The notes beneath the pieces are model-generated. The model did not search any database. It saw only the letters and a list, made by a program, of their open reading frames with translations, and had not been told where the DNA came from. Shown here one piece after another: positions 9,109 to 18,072 of a DNA stretch of 27,115 nt. A program made the translations under genes and the position numbers. The number at the start of each line of letters is the position of its first letter. Within the stretch, counting starts at the first letter, position 1. This stretch comes from a virus (lineage: Duplodnaviria; Caudoviricetes), in the IMG/VR virus record IMGVR_UViG_3300034374_005377, positions 1 through 27,115 of that record; one strand, 5' to 3'.

Positions 9109-12100
9109 ATGGCCACAAGGGAAGAGCTTAAAAATGCGCTGGTAGACGCGCATAAAGCGGGAGACTTTGAGGCCGCAGAGACGTTCGCCGGCATGATCCG
9201 CGGGAACGAGTTCGACCCAGAGACAACCGTTCTTGGCGCGACCGGAGAAATGCTGAAAGGCATTCCCCGTGGCGTGGCTAACAGTCTTATATCTACCGGC
9301 GAGGGCTTGTTCCAGCTCGCCGACGCCGGCCTGAATCTGGTCGGGCTAGAAGATGCCATAGACGAAGAGGACGAAGATTATCTTCTGAATCTTGCTCGTC
9401 AGGGCCGAGAGGCTCTCAATGAAAGCGCTTTGGGCGTTGACCAACGATATCAGGACTCATTCGGCACCAAGTTTGGCGAGGGTCTTGGATCATTCTTTAC
9501 CTTCCTTGGCCCCGGCCTGATCGGCAAAGCCGCAGGACTTACCGGAAAAGGACTGAAAGCCGCCGAGCTTGGCGGTGCAGGCACGCTCGCGTATAGCGCC
9601 GGCGCTGGCGACCAGTCACAGAGAATCGCTCAGGCGCGGGCGCAGGGCATAGAAATTAGCCCTGAGACCGAGGACGCGGCTATCTTTATTGGCGCCGCCA
9701 TCGGCTTGACCGAGCTAGCGCCCGTTGAACGATTGTTCAGGGGTCTGCCAGCGGACGTTGCCGGTCAGTCTCTCGCCAAGTCAATCATGCCCAGACTGAT
9801 CAACGCGGCGAAGACAGGTGGCGTGGAGGGTGTGCAGGAGGTTACAGCCGGTCTCTTGCAGGACTTCACGGCTCGCGGACTGTATGACCCGAATACCCCG
9901 ATTGGCGAATCAGCATGGGATGACCTGACTGTTGGTGGCGCAGTCGGTGCCGCCGCAGACCTTGTTGTTAACTATGCGGCAGGAAGACGTAAGTCAGCAC
10001 TAAACCAAGCCGCCCTAGAGGAAGAGCGCCGGCTTAGAGAAAAAGAAGCCGCTGACGAGCAAGCACGCAGGGAGGCGCGGTCAGCGCCGGCAGTTGAGGA
10101 GGAGGTCGATGTAATTAATGTCGAGCCTGCTACCGTGCCGTTTACGACCACAGGGAAAGATGGTGCGCCTATCGTCGAGCAGAGACTTGCTGGCGGCAAC
10201 CCATACAAGGCGACAGCAATTGCCATATCAGGCAGGATGGGATCATCTTTTCCCATGTACGAAAGTTTTGCTTTGGAGCAGGTGGGGGCGGAGTCCACTA
10301 TCGTCGTGGACAGCCAAGGCAAGCAATACGGGCCTGAGTATGCCGACCCGAGGGAGGCAATACAGCTTGCAGGCGCCTTAAACGAGCAGGTGCTAGAGCA
10401 ATCTCTGGAGCAGAATAATCTCCTTGCTATCAGCGAGATGGATGCGCGTCTTGATGACGATCAAAAACGGTCTCTGCTAACGCTTGGCCGTCAAGTTCTT
10501 GGCGCGGACAGGACTACATATAACAAGTCAGCAGTAGATTATGCCGCCGGGACAATCGCAGAAGAGGGATTTGCGGATGATCTGACAGCCCAGCAGGCCA
10601 TGGAGGCTGGCGTCAAGCCCAAGGATATGACCGCCTCGCAGAGGTTGAATGCGGCCAGAATCAAGAAGGGCCTGCCGGAGACGGACAGGTTCTCCATATC
10701 CGAAGTGCGCAGGGCGCTTGGGGATAACGTCGGGCGCCTTGCTGAGTTTGAGTCGGGCGCATCTGAAGTTGATACGTTGCGAGCCATGCAGAAAGATGGC
10801 GTGCCAATGATCAGCATAGATCGTGACGGCGTATCGACGGGAACCATAAACTCCAGACCGGCAACCGCTCAAGAGAAAGACGCGGCTCGCAGTGCGGGTA
10901 AACGCGCCCCGAACAGGGTGAAGTTCACTAGCATGCGGGACGCAATGAATTACGCGGCCTTTGTTAACCAGCGCAAAGGCGGTTCTTTCATTAGCAGTTC
11001 TGAGCTGTTTGGCGAAGAGGATCTTAGCAGGGAGAAGTTTGAACAGCTCCTTGCGGCTAAAAACATCGACATGGGGTATATGTCCCCAGAGATGCGGCAG
11101 ATTGCCCAGCGCTACACGGGCAGAAAGCTACGCCGCGACCAGTCCATCAATGACCTCACAAAAGAAGAGCGGCAGTTGCTTTATTACAAGCTACGGCAGG
11201 CTCCTCGCTTCAACAAACCCACCCAAGTGCCTCTCTTTGAGGTAAAGCCATACTCCCCCGCGCAACTACAGTTGGCTGTGGATCATCTGCGCGAGCAGGG
11301 TTCTGACATCCCTAGAGCGGCCTTTGAGTTCCGTGGCGTTGAAATCAAGCCAGCGGCCTATGAGAAGGTGGTCAAAAAAGCCAGAGAAATCGCCTCTCCG
11401 GCGCCATCTGTTGCTGTTGAAGAGTCAGAGATACTGGCGCTCCCGGCTCCAGACCAGCGTCGTCAGGCAATGGCAAAGGCAATCTCAGACCGACTCACGG
11501 CTATGGGTCTGGCTGGCGACATAACCGCAAAGCTGGTTGATAGAGTCAGACTCGCTCGGGTTGACGCAGAGGGCAATATAACCTTTGTTGAAGACCCTAG
11601 AAGCGAAAGGAGTAGAGGCGCATACAACCCCGCCGGCAGGGTCATGCAAGTCAGCATTGACACCATCATGGAAGAGGTTGGCCCCGACGCAACCGACGCA
11701 GAGCTTGAAGCGGCCATACTCGGCACGTTTAACCACGAAACAATCCACGCGCTACGCGCATTAGACCTGATCACTCAGGAGGAGCTGGAGCTTCTTGAGC
11801 GTGTCGCCAGACGATACAAGCCCGTTAACGCTCGCGGCTATGAGGCCGGCGAGACCTTTGTTAAGTATGCGGCAAGGCAATACAGCAACCTCAACCCCGT
11901 CCAGCAGATGGAAGAGGCCATTGCGGAGCTAATCAAGTACGGCTACCAAAACAAGCTGATCGATGACCGTGGCAATCCCGTCAAGCTGGGCGGCAAGCCA
12001 AGGACGCTGATGCGCCGCATCATGGATTTCTTCAAGCAGATGGTCGGCTTTACCCGAGGCGTAGAAGCCAGAAACTTCAGCGACTTCCTGCGGCGTCTGG

Positions 12101-15100
12101 AGACCGGAGAGGTCGGAGCGAGAGAGCGCGGCGAGATACGAACGCTATACCAGACCGAGCGGCAGGCAGGAGTCGTCCCAGAGCGGGCTATAACCGGGAC
12201 TGCTGTTGTTGCTGACACGTCACAGAGAAAGCCGCAGGCTGTCGGCGACCAACCAACATTAGTAGCGGAAGAGGAGCTGGCGGAGGGAGAGTTGCTCGAC
12301 CGTGTTCCTCTTGACACATCTGTCGATATCATTGAAGTCGTTTCCGGAGCAGAACAGCCGCCCAAGCTGAAAGGCAAGAAAGCAGTTGCAGGATACTTAC
12401 AGCGGCGAACGCTGGAGCGCCTTGGTGGCGTGCCGCGCAATATCAACAGAGAGGCAGACCGCGAGGCTATCGCGGACGATCTGGCGCGTGAGGCGATCTT
12501 TGAATACGAAAACCAAGAGAGCGCCGTAGAGTGGTACAACGAGACTATCGACAAGACGATTGAGATGCTTGCCGAAGTCCATCCGGAGATCAAGACAGAC
12601 CCCGGTTCTCGGGCGGCGTTCCTGATGTCGCTAGCCATAACATCTCAGAACCTAGCGGTGCCAGACAATCTTGCGCTCGCGGAGCAGGCGTACAACTACT
12701 ACAAAAAGAACGGCAAGTTCAAGGAAGAGGGTAAGGGCGACAAGAAAAAGTCGATGGAGGCCAACTTCAAGAAGGCGAACAAGCTACTGGCTAAGATGAC
12801 CCCCGTTGAGATCGAGCAGTTCCTGCGCACGGAGTTCTTGGTCAAAGACCTCAACAAGGCGAGCAAAGCGCTTTTGGGCAAGCAAGCGGACACCGGAGAG
12901 CTGGCCGCAAACACCGTATATGGGTCGGCTATCTTTGGGCCGAAGATCGGCAACGGCTTCTACACCAATCTGCGCGGCGACTTCAGTCCTGTCACGATGG
13001 ACATGTGGTTTATGCGCACGATGGGTCGCCTTGCGGGAACGCTGACGGGTACATCAAAGACCAAGCTCGACAATGCTTACAAGCGATTTGCAACCGCCGT
13101 TGGAAAGAAACGTGTAGTCAAGGACGCCATTGAGCGCCAAGCCAGAGAGGCGAAGAGTCAGCACGAAAGCGATTACAGAAAGTATGCGGCTGAGTTCAAG
13201 TCAGGCAAGCGGGAGAAGAGCGAGAAAACGCTTGCGGCTGAAAACCTAATCAAGCTGTTAGACGGCACGAATGATGTGCCGATGAATGGCACCCACAGGA
13301 ACCAGCTCAGAGATATAACATACAGGGCGATACAAAAGTTTGAGGAGGCTACGGGCGTCTCGATTGAACCGGCGGCATTCCAAGCCCTGATATGGTATCC
13401 TGAGCAGGATTTATACAAATCACTCGGGGTTAATCTACGACATGTTAGACAAGACTATGCAACCTCAACAGAGCAGTACCTTACCAAGCTCGGAGTTGAC
13501 CGAGGCAGAATCAAGCGAGCCAAGGATCGGGTTCGGCGCCGCGCAGAGCGAGGACCAGATGGAGTTCGACGCGATGCAGATGTCGGAGGCCGAGATAGAC
13601 GCGGGGCTGGACGGCTTGATAGCGCTCTTTCGGAAACAGAACAGCTAGAAGATCGTTCAGCTCGCCAGATCGACCCAGTCAAGGTCGAGAAGGCGGTTCA
13701 GCAGAATCTCGACGCAATCAACCAGACTCAGGGACCGCCGCGCTTTAGCGTCAAGGCATCCCCAGAGGCGCAGTATATTGGCCGCAACCCAGAGGCGGCA
13801 CTTGTTCCTGATGAGCAGTTATACGACCAGCCGGAATACTCCCCGGCGGCTCAGTCTGCTATTGACAAGTTAACAACAGGTCCAGAGCAAGAACAAGCGA
13901 ATGGCAAGGTGTATATGCAGGTCACGGGTTCTGGCCCGATTGGCACCATGCTGACAACCTTTAAGCAGTTGGCACTGAACCGATACGCCGGTCTGGAAAA
14001 GTACTACCAGAAAGTGCCCATGCTGAGGGAGCTGGAGGCAGACTCCAGCGCCATAGCCGCCGCGCTATTCGCCGACCGGTCTAGGGGTATTCTGGCCTCC
14101 GCAATCAAGCAAGGCGTCCCCGTTTATGAAAACGGCCTGACAAAGGTTGTGGATTTCTATTACGGCGACAAGAAATACAACGGCCTGATTGACGTAATGT
14201 CGCTCATCTACAACAAGGAGGTGGGTGATCTGCGTAAGCTGGCGCAAGCATACGCAATCGTCAAACGCGCTGACTACCTTAAAACAGTTGAGTACAAGAA
14301 GAAGGTGGCGGGCAAGGTCAAGACGATGGTCGGCAAGGAAACGCCGGTAGACGAAAAGACTCGCGCAGAAATACTTGCCGCAGTTGACGCCTTGACGGAT
14401 GTCAATGGATACAACCCCGTCACTGAATGGCACGACGTATGGCAGGCGTACAACAACAAAACCATCGACTTTTTAAAAGCAACCGGCATTCTAAACGACG
14501 AGACCGCAGACCAGTGGCAGAAGTCGGCTTATGTCCCGTTTTACCGCCAAGCGCAGGGCGACAAGAATGTGCCGAAAGTGGCGACGGGGGTGTTCGGCGA
14601 CCTGACTCACCTCTCCAGCTTCAAGGAGTACAAAGGTAGCGAGAAGGCAGTCGATATCGGCCTGATTGAATCTATATCCTTAAACCTGAGCGCCGCCATC
14701 GAAATGGGCATGCGCAATGTGGCACAGCAGAGAATCGCTAGGGATATGCAGGCGCTTGGCCTTGCGAGACAGGTCGGGCTGAAGCAAAGTGTCCCGAATG
14801 GGGTGAAGTTCAAGGTGAACGGCAACCCCGTCCAGTTTGAAATAGATGACAACCTGATCTACAGCTCAATGGAAACACTGGGCGGTGGTGTTGTCACTGA
14901 CATCTTAACCAAAACGCTTGGCTTTCCGAGCATGGTATTGCGAGAGACGATCACGCGAGACCCCGGCTTTATGATTGCCAACCTGATGCGAGACACGTTT
15001 TCCACTTTCGTCACGTCAGGCTCTAACTTCATACCGGTTATAGACAGTCTCCGAGGTTTAGGCGATGGCATGGAGCGCCTTGAGCGCGTGGGTGTTGTGG

Positions 15101-16473
15101 GGGGCTACGACTACTCCAGAGATCCAGACGATGTAGTGAAGTTTTTCGCCGACGAGTCAAACCGAAGAGGCATCGGCCCTGACGGAAAGCGCGGCGGTCC
15201 CTTGGGGATGTTCACTACGCTGTGGCGCTGGGCTGGCGAAGCAACCACTGCGTCAGACGCCGCCACCAGAAACGCCGTATACAATGACGTGCTTGCCAGA
15301 ACGGGCAATGAGGCTGAGGCCGCATTCCAAGCGATGGAGATCATCAACTTCTCCAGACGTGGCGCACACCCGCTGGCTCGCGTCATCACTGCGGCGATAC
15401 CGTTCCTTAACGCTAGGTTCCAAGGTTTGGATGTATTTGCGCGTGCGGCTAGCGGCAACTATTCAGCAGTAAGGAATCCTCGCGGCAAGACGCTACAGAA
15501 GTTCGCAACCAGAGCCTTGTTGCTGTCTGGTATTAGCGGCATCTATTACATGCTGGTCAGTGACGATGATCAGTATAAGGAGCAGTCAGACGAAGTCAGG
15601 GATAACAACTGGTTGCTCCCGACATCTGCCGGCGTACCCGTCAAGATCCCGATCCCGTTTGAAGTGGGTCTGCTGTTTAAGACAGTTCCCGAAACCATTA
15701 TGGCCGCAACGATTGGCGAAAAGACTGCCCCAGAGGTCAGGGAGACCATCACGCGGGGCATCGTTTCGACACTGGAGATCAACCCGCTAGGCGCTCAGGC
15801 TGTGGCGCCGATTGTAGAGGCGAGCCTTAACCATAACTTCTTCACAGGAAGGGCCATCGTTCCGTACTACATCGATCAGAAGATTACGGGCGGGTTACAG
15901 GATTCTGCCGGCACCACGGAGATGGGTAAGTACATTGGGCAGGCGCTCAACATCAGCCCCATGAAAGTAGACCACGTCATGTTCGGATACACCGGAACGA
16001 TTGGTGGGTATGTGCTGAATTTAATTGATCGCGGGATGAAGTCGGAGTTCGTGCAGGGCGAAGACGCGCCACTGCCTCCATCCAAGAATGTGTTTGAGTT
16101 CCCGCTGTGGCGGAGGTTCTTTGGCCAAAAGGAAGGGTCTGGTCTGAGGGAGGATGCATATCAGCTCTATGACGAGATAACCACCGTGGTTAATACGGTC
16201 AACAGGCTGAAGAAGGATGGGCGAGCAGAGGATTTAGAGGCTTATCTGGCCTCCAGACGCCACTTGTATGATCTGAAAGACCCTGTATATTCCGTCAAAA
16301 GAAAACTGGACGCAGTCAGAGATCAGAAGCGCAAGGTGATCAATTCCAGTTTGGACCCCGATCTCAAGCGGGAAATGATTGATGACCTTGACGCGCAGTT
16401 GAATGAGTATCTGAAGGTGGTCACACGCCTGAAGGAGGCGGCAGACCTTCCGTTCATCGAAACAACATTCTAA
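9109..16473 (+). CDS. Large polyvalent (ejected virion) protein, 2454 aa: HExxH metallopeptidase-like domain, HhH-GPD-like domain, C-terminal LPD38
   Basis: HETIH (aa 876-880) plus downstream EEAIAE; GPK...D-x4-R-x3-R (aa ~1277-1307) plus QALIW; C-terminal 'DDDQYKE...RDNNWL....VKIPIPFEVG.LF...PE' and 'E...N.NFFTG..IVP...SP.KVDH...GYTG..G' characteristic of LPD38. Confidence 0.8.
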   Translation: MATREELKNALVDAHKAGDFEAAETFAGMIRGNEFDPETTVLGATGEMLKGIPRGVANSLISTGEGLFQLADAGLNLVGLEDAIDEEDEDYLLNLARQGREALNESALGVDQRYQDSFGTKFGEGLGSFFTFLGPGLIGKAAGLTGKGLKAAELGGAGTLAYSAGAGDQSQRIAQARAQGIEISPETEDAAIFIGAAIGLTELAPVERLFRGLPADVAGQSLAKSIMPRLINAAKTGGVEGVQEVTAGLLQDFTARGLYDPNTPIGESAWDDLTVGGAVGAAADLVVNYAAGRRKSALNQAALEEERRLREKEAADEQARREARSAPAVEEEVDVINVEPATVPFTTTGKDGAPIVEQRLAGGNPYKATAIAISGRMGSSFPMYESFALEQVGAESTIVVDSQGKQYGPEYADPREAIQLAGALNEQVLEQSLEQNNLLAISEMDARLDDDQKRSLLTLGRQVLGADRTTYNKSAVDYAAGTIAEEGFADDLTAQQAMEAGVKPKDMTASQRLNAARIKKGLPETDRFSISEVRRALGDNVGRLAEFESGASEVDTLRAMQKDGVPMISIDRDGVSTGTINSRPATAQEKDAARSAGKRAPNRVKFTSMRDAMNYAAFVNQRKGGSFISSSELFGEEDLSREKFEQLLAAKNIDMGYMSPEMRQIAQRYTGRKLRRDQSINDLTKEERQLLYYKLRQAPRFNKPTQVPLFEVKPYSPAQLQLAVDHLREQGSDIPRAAFEFRGVEIKPAAYEKVVKKAREIASPAPSVAVEESEILALPAPDQRRQAMAKAISDRLTAMGLAGDITAKLVDRVRLARVDAEGNITFVEDPRSERSRGAYNPAGRVMQVSIDTIMEEVGPDATDAELEAAILGTFNHETIHALRALDLITQEELELLERVARRYKPVNARGYEAGETFVKYAARQYSNLNPVQQMEEAIAELIKYGYQNKLIDDRGNPVKLGGKPRTLMRRIMDFFKQMVGFTRGVEARNFSDFLRRLETGEVGARERGEIRTLYQTERQAGVVPERAITGTAVVADTSQRKPQAVGDQPTLVAEEELAEGELLDRVPLDTSVDIIEVVSGAEQPPKLKGKKAVAGYLQRRTLERLGGVPRNINREADREAIADDLAREAIFEYENQESAVEWYNETIDKTIEMLAEVHPEIKTDPGSRAAFLMSLAITSQNLAVPDNLALAEQAYNYYKKNGKFKEEGKGDKKKSMEANFKKANKLLAKMTPVEIEQFLRTEFLVKDLNKASKALLGKQADTGELAANTVYGSAIFGPKIGNGFYTNLRGDFSPVTMDMWFMRTMGRLAGTLTGTSKTKLDNAYKRFATAVGKKRVVKDAIERQAREAKSQHESDYRKYAAEFKSGKREKSEKTLAAENLIKLLDGTNDVPMNGTHRNQLRDITYRAIQKFEEATGVSIEPAAFQALIWYPEQDLYKSLGVNLRHVRQDYATSTEQYLTKLGVDRGRIKRAKDRVRRRAERGPDGVRRDADVGGRDRRGAGRLDSALSETEQLEDRSARQIDPVKVEKAVQQNLDAINQTQGPPRFSVKASPEAQYIGRNPEAALVPDEQLYDQPEYSPAAQSAIDKLTTGPEQEQANGKVYMQVTGSGPIGTMLTTFKQLALNRYAGLEKYYQKVPMLRELEADSSAIAAALFADRSRGILASAIKQGVPVYENGLTKVVDFYYGDKKYNGLIDVMSLIYNKEVGDLRKLAQAYAIVKRADYLKTVEYKKKVAGKVKTMVGKETPVDEKTRAEILAAVDALTDVNGYNPVTEWHDVWQAYNNKTIDFLKATGILNDETADQWQKSAYVPFYRQAQGDKNVPKVATGVFGDLTHLSSFKEYKGSEKAVDIGLIESISLNLSAAIEMGMRNVAQQRIARDMQALGLARQVGLKQSVPNGVKFKVNGNPVQFEIDDNLIYSSMETLGGGVVTDILTKTLGFPSMVLRETITRDPGFMIANLMRDTFSTFVTSGSNFIPVIDSLRGLGDGMERLERVGVVGGYDYSRDPDDVVKFFADESNRRGIGPDGKRGGPLGMFTTLWRWAGEATTASDAATRNAVYNDVLARTGNEAEAAFQAMEIINFSRRGAHPLARVITAAIPFLNARFQGLDVFARAASGNYSAVRNPRGKTLQKFATRALLLSGISGIYYMLVSDDDQYKEQSDEVRDNNWLLPTSAGVPVKIPIPFEVGLLFKTVPETIMAATIGEKTAPEVRETITRGIVSTLEINPLGAQAVAPIVEASLNHNFFTGRAIVPYYIDQKITGGLQDSAGTTEMGKYIGQALNISPMKVDHVMFGYTGTIGGYVLNLIDRGMKSEFVQGEDAPLPPSKNVFEFPLWRRFFGQKEGSGLREDAYQLYDEITTVVNTVNRLKKDGRAEDLEAYLASRRHLYDLKDPVYSVKRKLDAVRDQKRKVINSSLDPDLKREMIDDLDAQLNEYLKVVTRLKEAADLPFIETTF
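13442..13648 (+). CDS. Candidate nested (+1 frame) small acidic protein inside the giant gene
   Basis: 68-codon ORF with 13 D/E versus 4 K/R and GC3-rich codons, while the host frame here is Arg-rich with A/T-ending codons. Alternative starts are 13457 or 13559 (GAGG 5 nt upstream). Confidence 0.5.
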   Translation: MLDKTMQPQQSSTLPSSELTEAESSEPRIGFGAAQSEDQMEFDAMQMSEAEIDAGLDGLIALFRKQNS

Positions 16474-16486
16474 CTGGGGGCAATGA

Positions 16487-17653
16487 ATGCAGTTAGGGAA
16501 ATTTGCCGAGAGCGAGTCTCAGGCTGAAGTCGCGGCGTTGCTGGACAGCGGCGTGACAAGGCGAGAGGCGGCAAAGCGGCTAGGCATATCCGAGCGCAAC
16601 GTCTACAAGGCGGTTGTGCGCATCAAGGCCAATGCCGCGAGGCGGGGATACAGCCCAGAGCACGACATGACGCATGTTGTGCCAGAGGGCTACAAGGTCA
16701 AGGGCGTATCCACCTACTACAACGAAGACGGCAAGCCTGTCGGGCAGTGGGTCAAGTCTGCGACCGACGAAAGGCAACGAGTCGAGTCCATCCTCCACGC
16801 CATAGAGGGCTCGGCAAAGGCACTTCCCGCTTTCAAGCCGGTCAAACCCCCCAAGCAGGCAGACGAAGAGCTAGCCTCCCTCCTTACTATCACGGATTTT
16901 CACCTCGGCATGCGTGCTTGGCGTGCCAGTGACGGCGAGGACTGGGATGTCAAAATTGCGCGTGATGTATTTCTTAACGCTATTCATAACATGTTACAGG
17001 GAAGCCCTAAATCCGGGACCGGGATACTCAACCAGCTCGGCGACTTCTTCCATTGGGATGGCTTAATACCGGTCACGCCCACGTCTCAACATGTTTTGAT
17101 CGGCACTGACGACCGTTACAGTAAACTTGTCGAGATGACCATCGCCATCATGGACGAAGCGGTCAAGATGATGCTCGGCAAGTTCGGCAAGGTGGTGATT
17201 GTGCAGGCCGAAGGCAACCACGACCTATCTTCCAGCGTGTGGATGCGGAAATACATGAAACACCGGTTCCGTGATGAGCCACGGGTCGAGGTGATCGATA
17301 ACGAGTTCCCCTACTACGCCTACCTCCACGGCCAGACCATGCTTGGCTTTCACCACGGCCACAAAATGCGGATGGCTAACCTGCAAAAGCTGTTTGCGGC
17401 AGAGCCTCGGTTCCGCGAGATGTGGGGTAAAGCGAAGCACTGCTACATACATTGCGGTCACCTGCACCATGAGCGAATTCTGGATGACGCAGGGGCCACG
17501 ATTGAGCAACATCCGACGCTCTCAGCGCGTGACCACTACAGCAGTTCCCACGGCTATGTCAGTCAGCGTGGCGCAAAGGTAATTACATATGACAAGTCAG
17601 ACGGAGAAGTACACCGAGTCACTGTGAGGCCGAGGTATGACAAAGATTCTTGA
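16487..17653 (+). CDS. N-terminal HTH plus calcineurin-like metallophosphoesterase
   Basis: HTH 'TRREAAKRLGISERNVYK'; phosphoesterase motifs TDFHLG, LGDFFH, GNHD, HHGH and GHLHH. Confidence 0.85.
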   Translation: MQLGKFAESESQAEVAALLDSGVTRREAAKRLGISERNVYKAVVRIKANAARRGYSPEHDMTHVVPEGYKVKGVSTYYNEDGKPVGQWVKSATDERQRVESILHAIEGSAKALPAFKPVKPPKQADEELASLLTITDFHLGMRAWRASDGEDWDVKIARDVFLNAIHNMLQGSPKSGTGILNQLGDFFHWDGLIPVTPTSQHVLIGTDDRYSKLVEMTIAIMDEAVKMMLGKFGKVVIVQAEGNHDLSSSVWMRKYMKHRFRDEPRVEVIDNEFPYYAYLHGQTMLGFHHGHKMRMANLQKLFAAEPRFREMWGKAKHCYIHCGHLHHERILDDAGATIEQHPTLSARDHYSSSHGYVSQRGAKVITYDKSDGEVHRVTVRPRYDKDS

Positions 17654-17912
17654 GTTCAAGCGCCCGATGGCATGGGAATCAGCGCAGGAGATGGCTGAGG
17701 CATTCGCCGAAAGATTGAGTGAGAACGAAGACAACCTTGCGTCTGATTTATACAGCGCGGTAATCATGTACCGCATGAAGGACGGCAGTATTGCCTTTGA
17801 ATGTAGCGGAGGCGCCAACGCCCTCGACGTAGGAATGATGGCGTCAGCGGTTCACATGGCGTGTCTTTATGAGATCGGGATGGCAGAGATGGGAGACGAA
17901 GTTATCCACTAA
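17637..17912 (+). CDS. Hypothetical protein (91 aa, acidic)
   Basis: GAGG upstream; overlaps the upstream stop; last gene of the rightward block. Confidence 0.65.
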   Translation: MTKILEFKRPMAWESAQEMAEAFAERLSENEDNLASDLYSAVIMYRMKDGSIAFECSGGANALDVGMMASAVHMACLYEIGMAEMGDEVIH

Positions 17913-18072
17913 CCTCTGGCCAATAAACCACGACAACAGACATAAATATCACAATCAACAGCGCCCAGAGATACTCTGGCACCCCTTCCATCCTGATCTT
18001 TTTTTTGCACTCATCGCACAGCGCATCCGAAATAGGAACGCCCGACTTGTTGCAGACGTAGCAGTGTCTCAT
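17902..18072 (-). CDS. Small Zn-finger plus transmembrane protein (56 aa; not in ORF track)
   Basis: Manual translation: MRHCYVCNKSGVPISDALCDECKKKIRMEGVPEYLWALLIVIFMSVVVVYWPEVSG*. ATGA overlap with the stop of 18069-18578. Confidence 0.7.
   Translation of the reverse strand: MRHCYVCNKSGVPISDALCDECKKKIRMEGVPEYLWALLIVIFMSVVVVYWPEVSG

Noticed and set aside
8541-9359. 272-aa antisense ORF spanning two genes
   Set aside because: No recognisable motif, S/R/A-rich composition, and opposite to strongly supported genes; long antisense ORFs are expected in GC3-biased coding DNA.
11943-12638. 231-aa antisense ORF in the giant gene
   Set aside because: Ser-rich mirror of acidic sense codons; a typical shadow ORF.
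10118-15790. Other same-strand alternative-frame ORFs in the giant gene (10118, 10961, 11324, 12806, 14427, 15284, 15560)
   Set aside because: R/S/P-rich shadow composition with normal main-frame codon usage, unlike 13442-13648.
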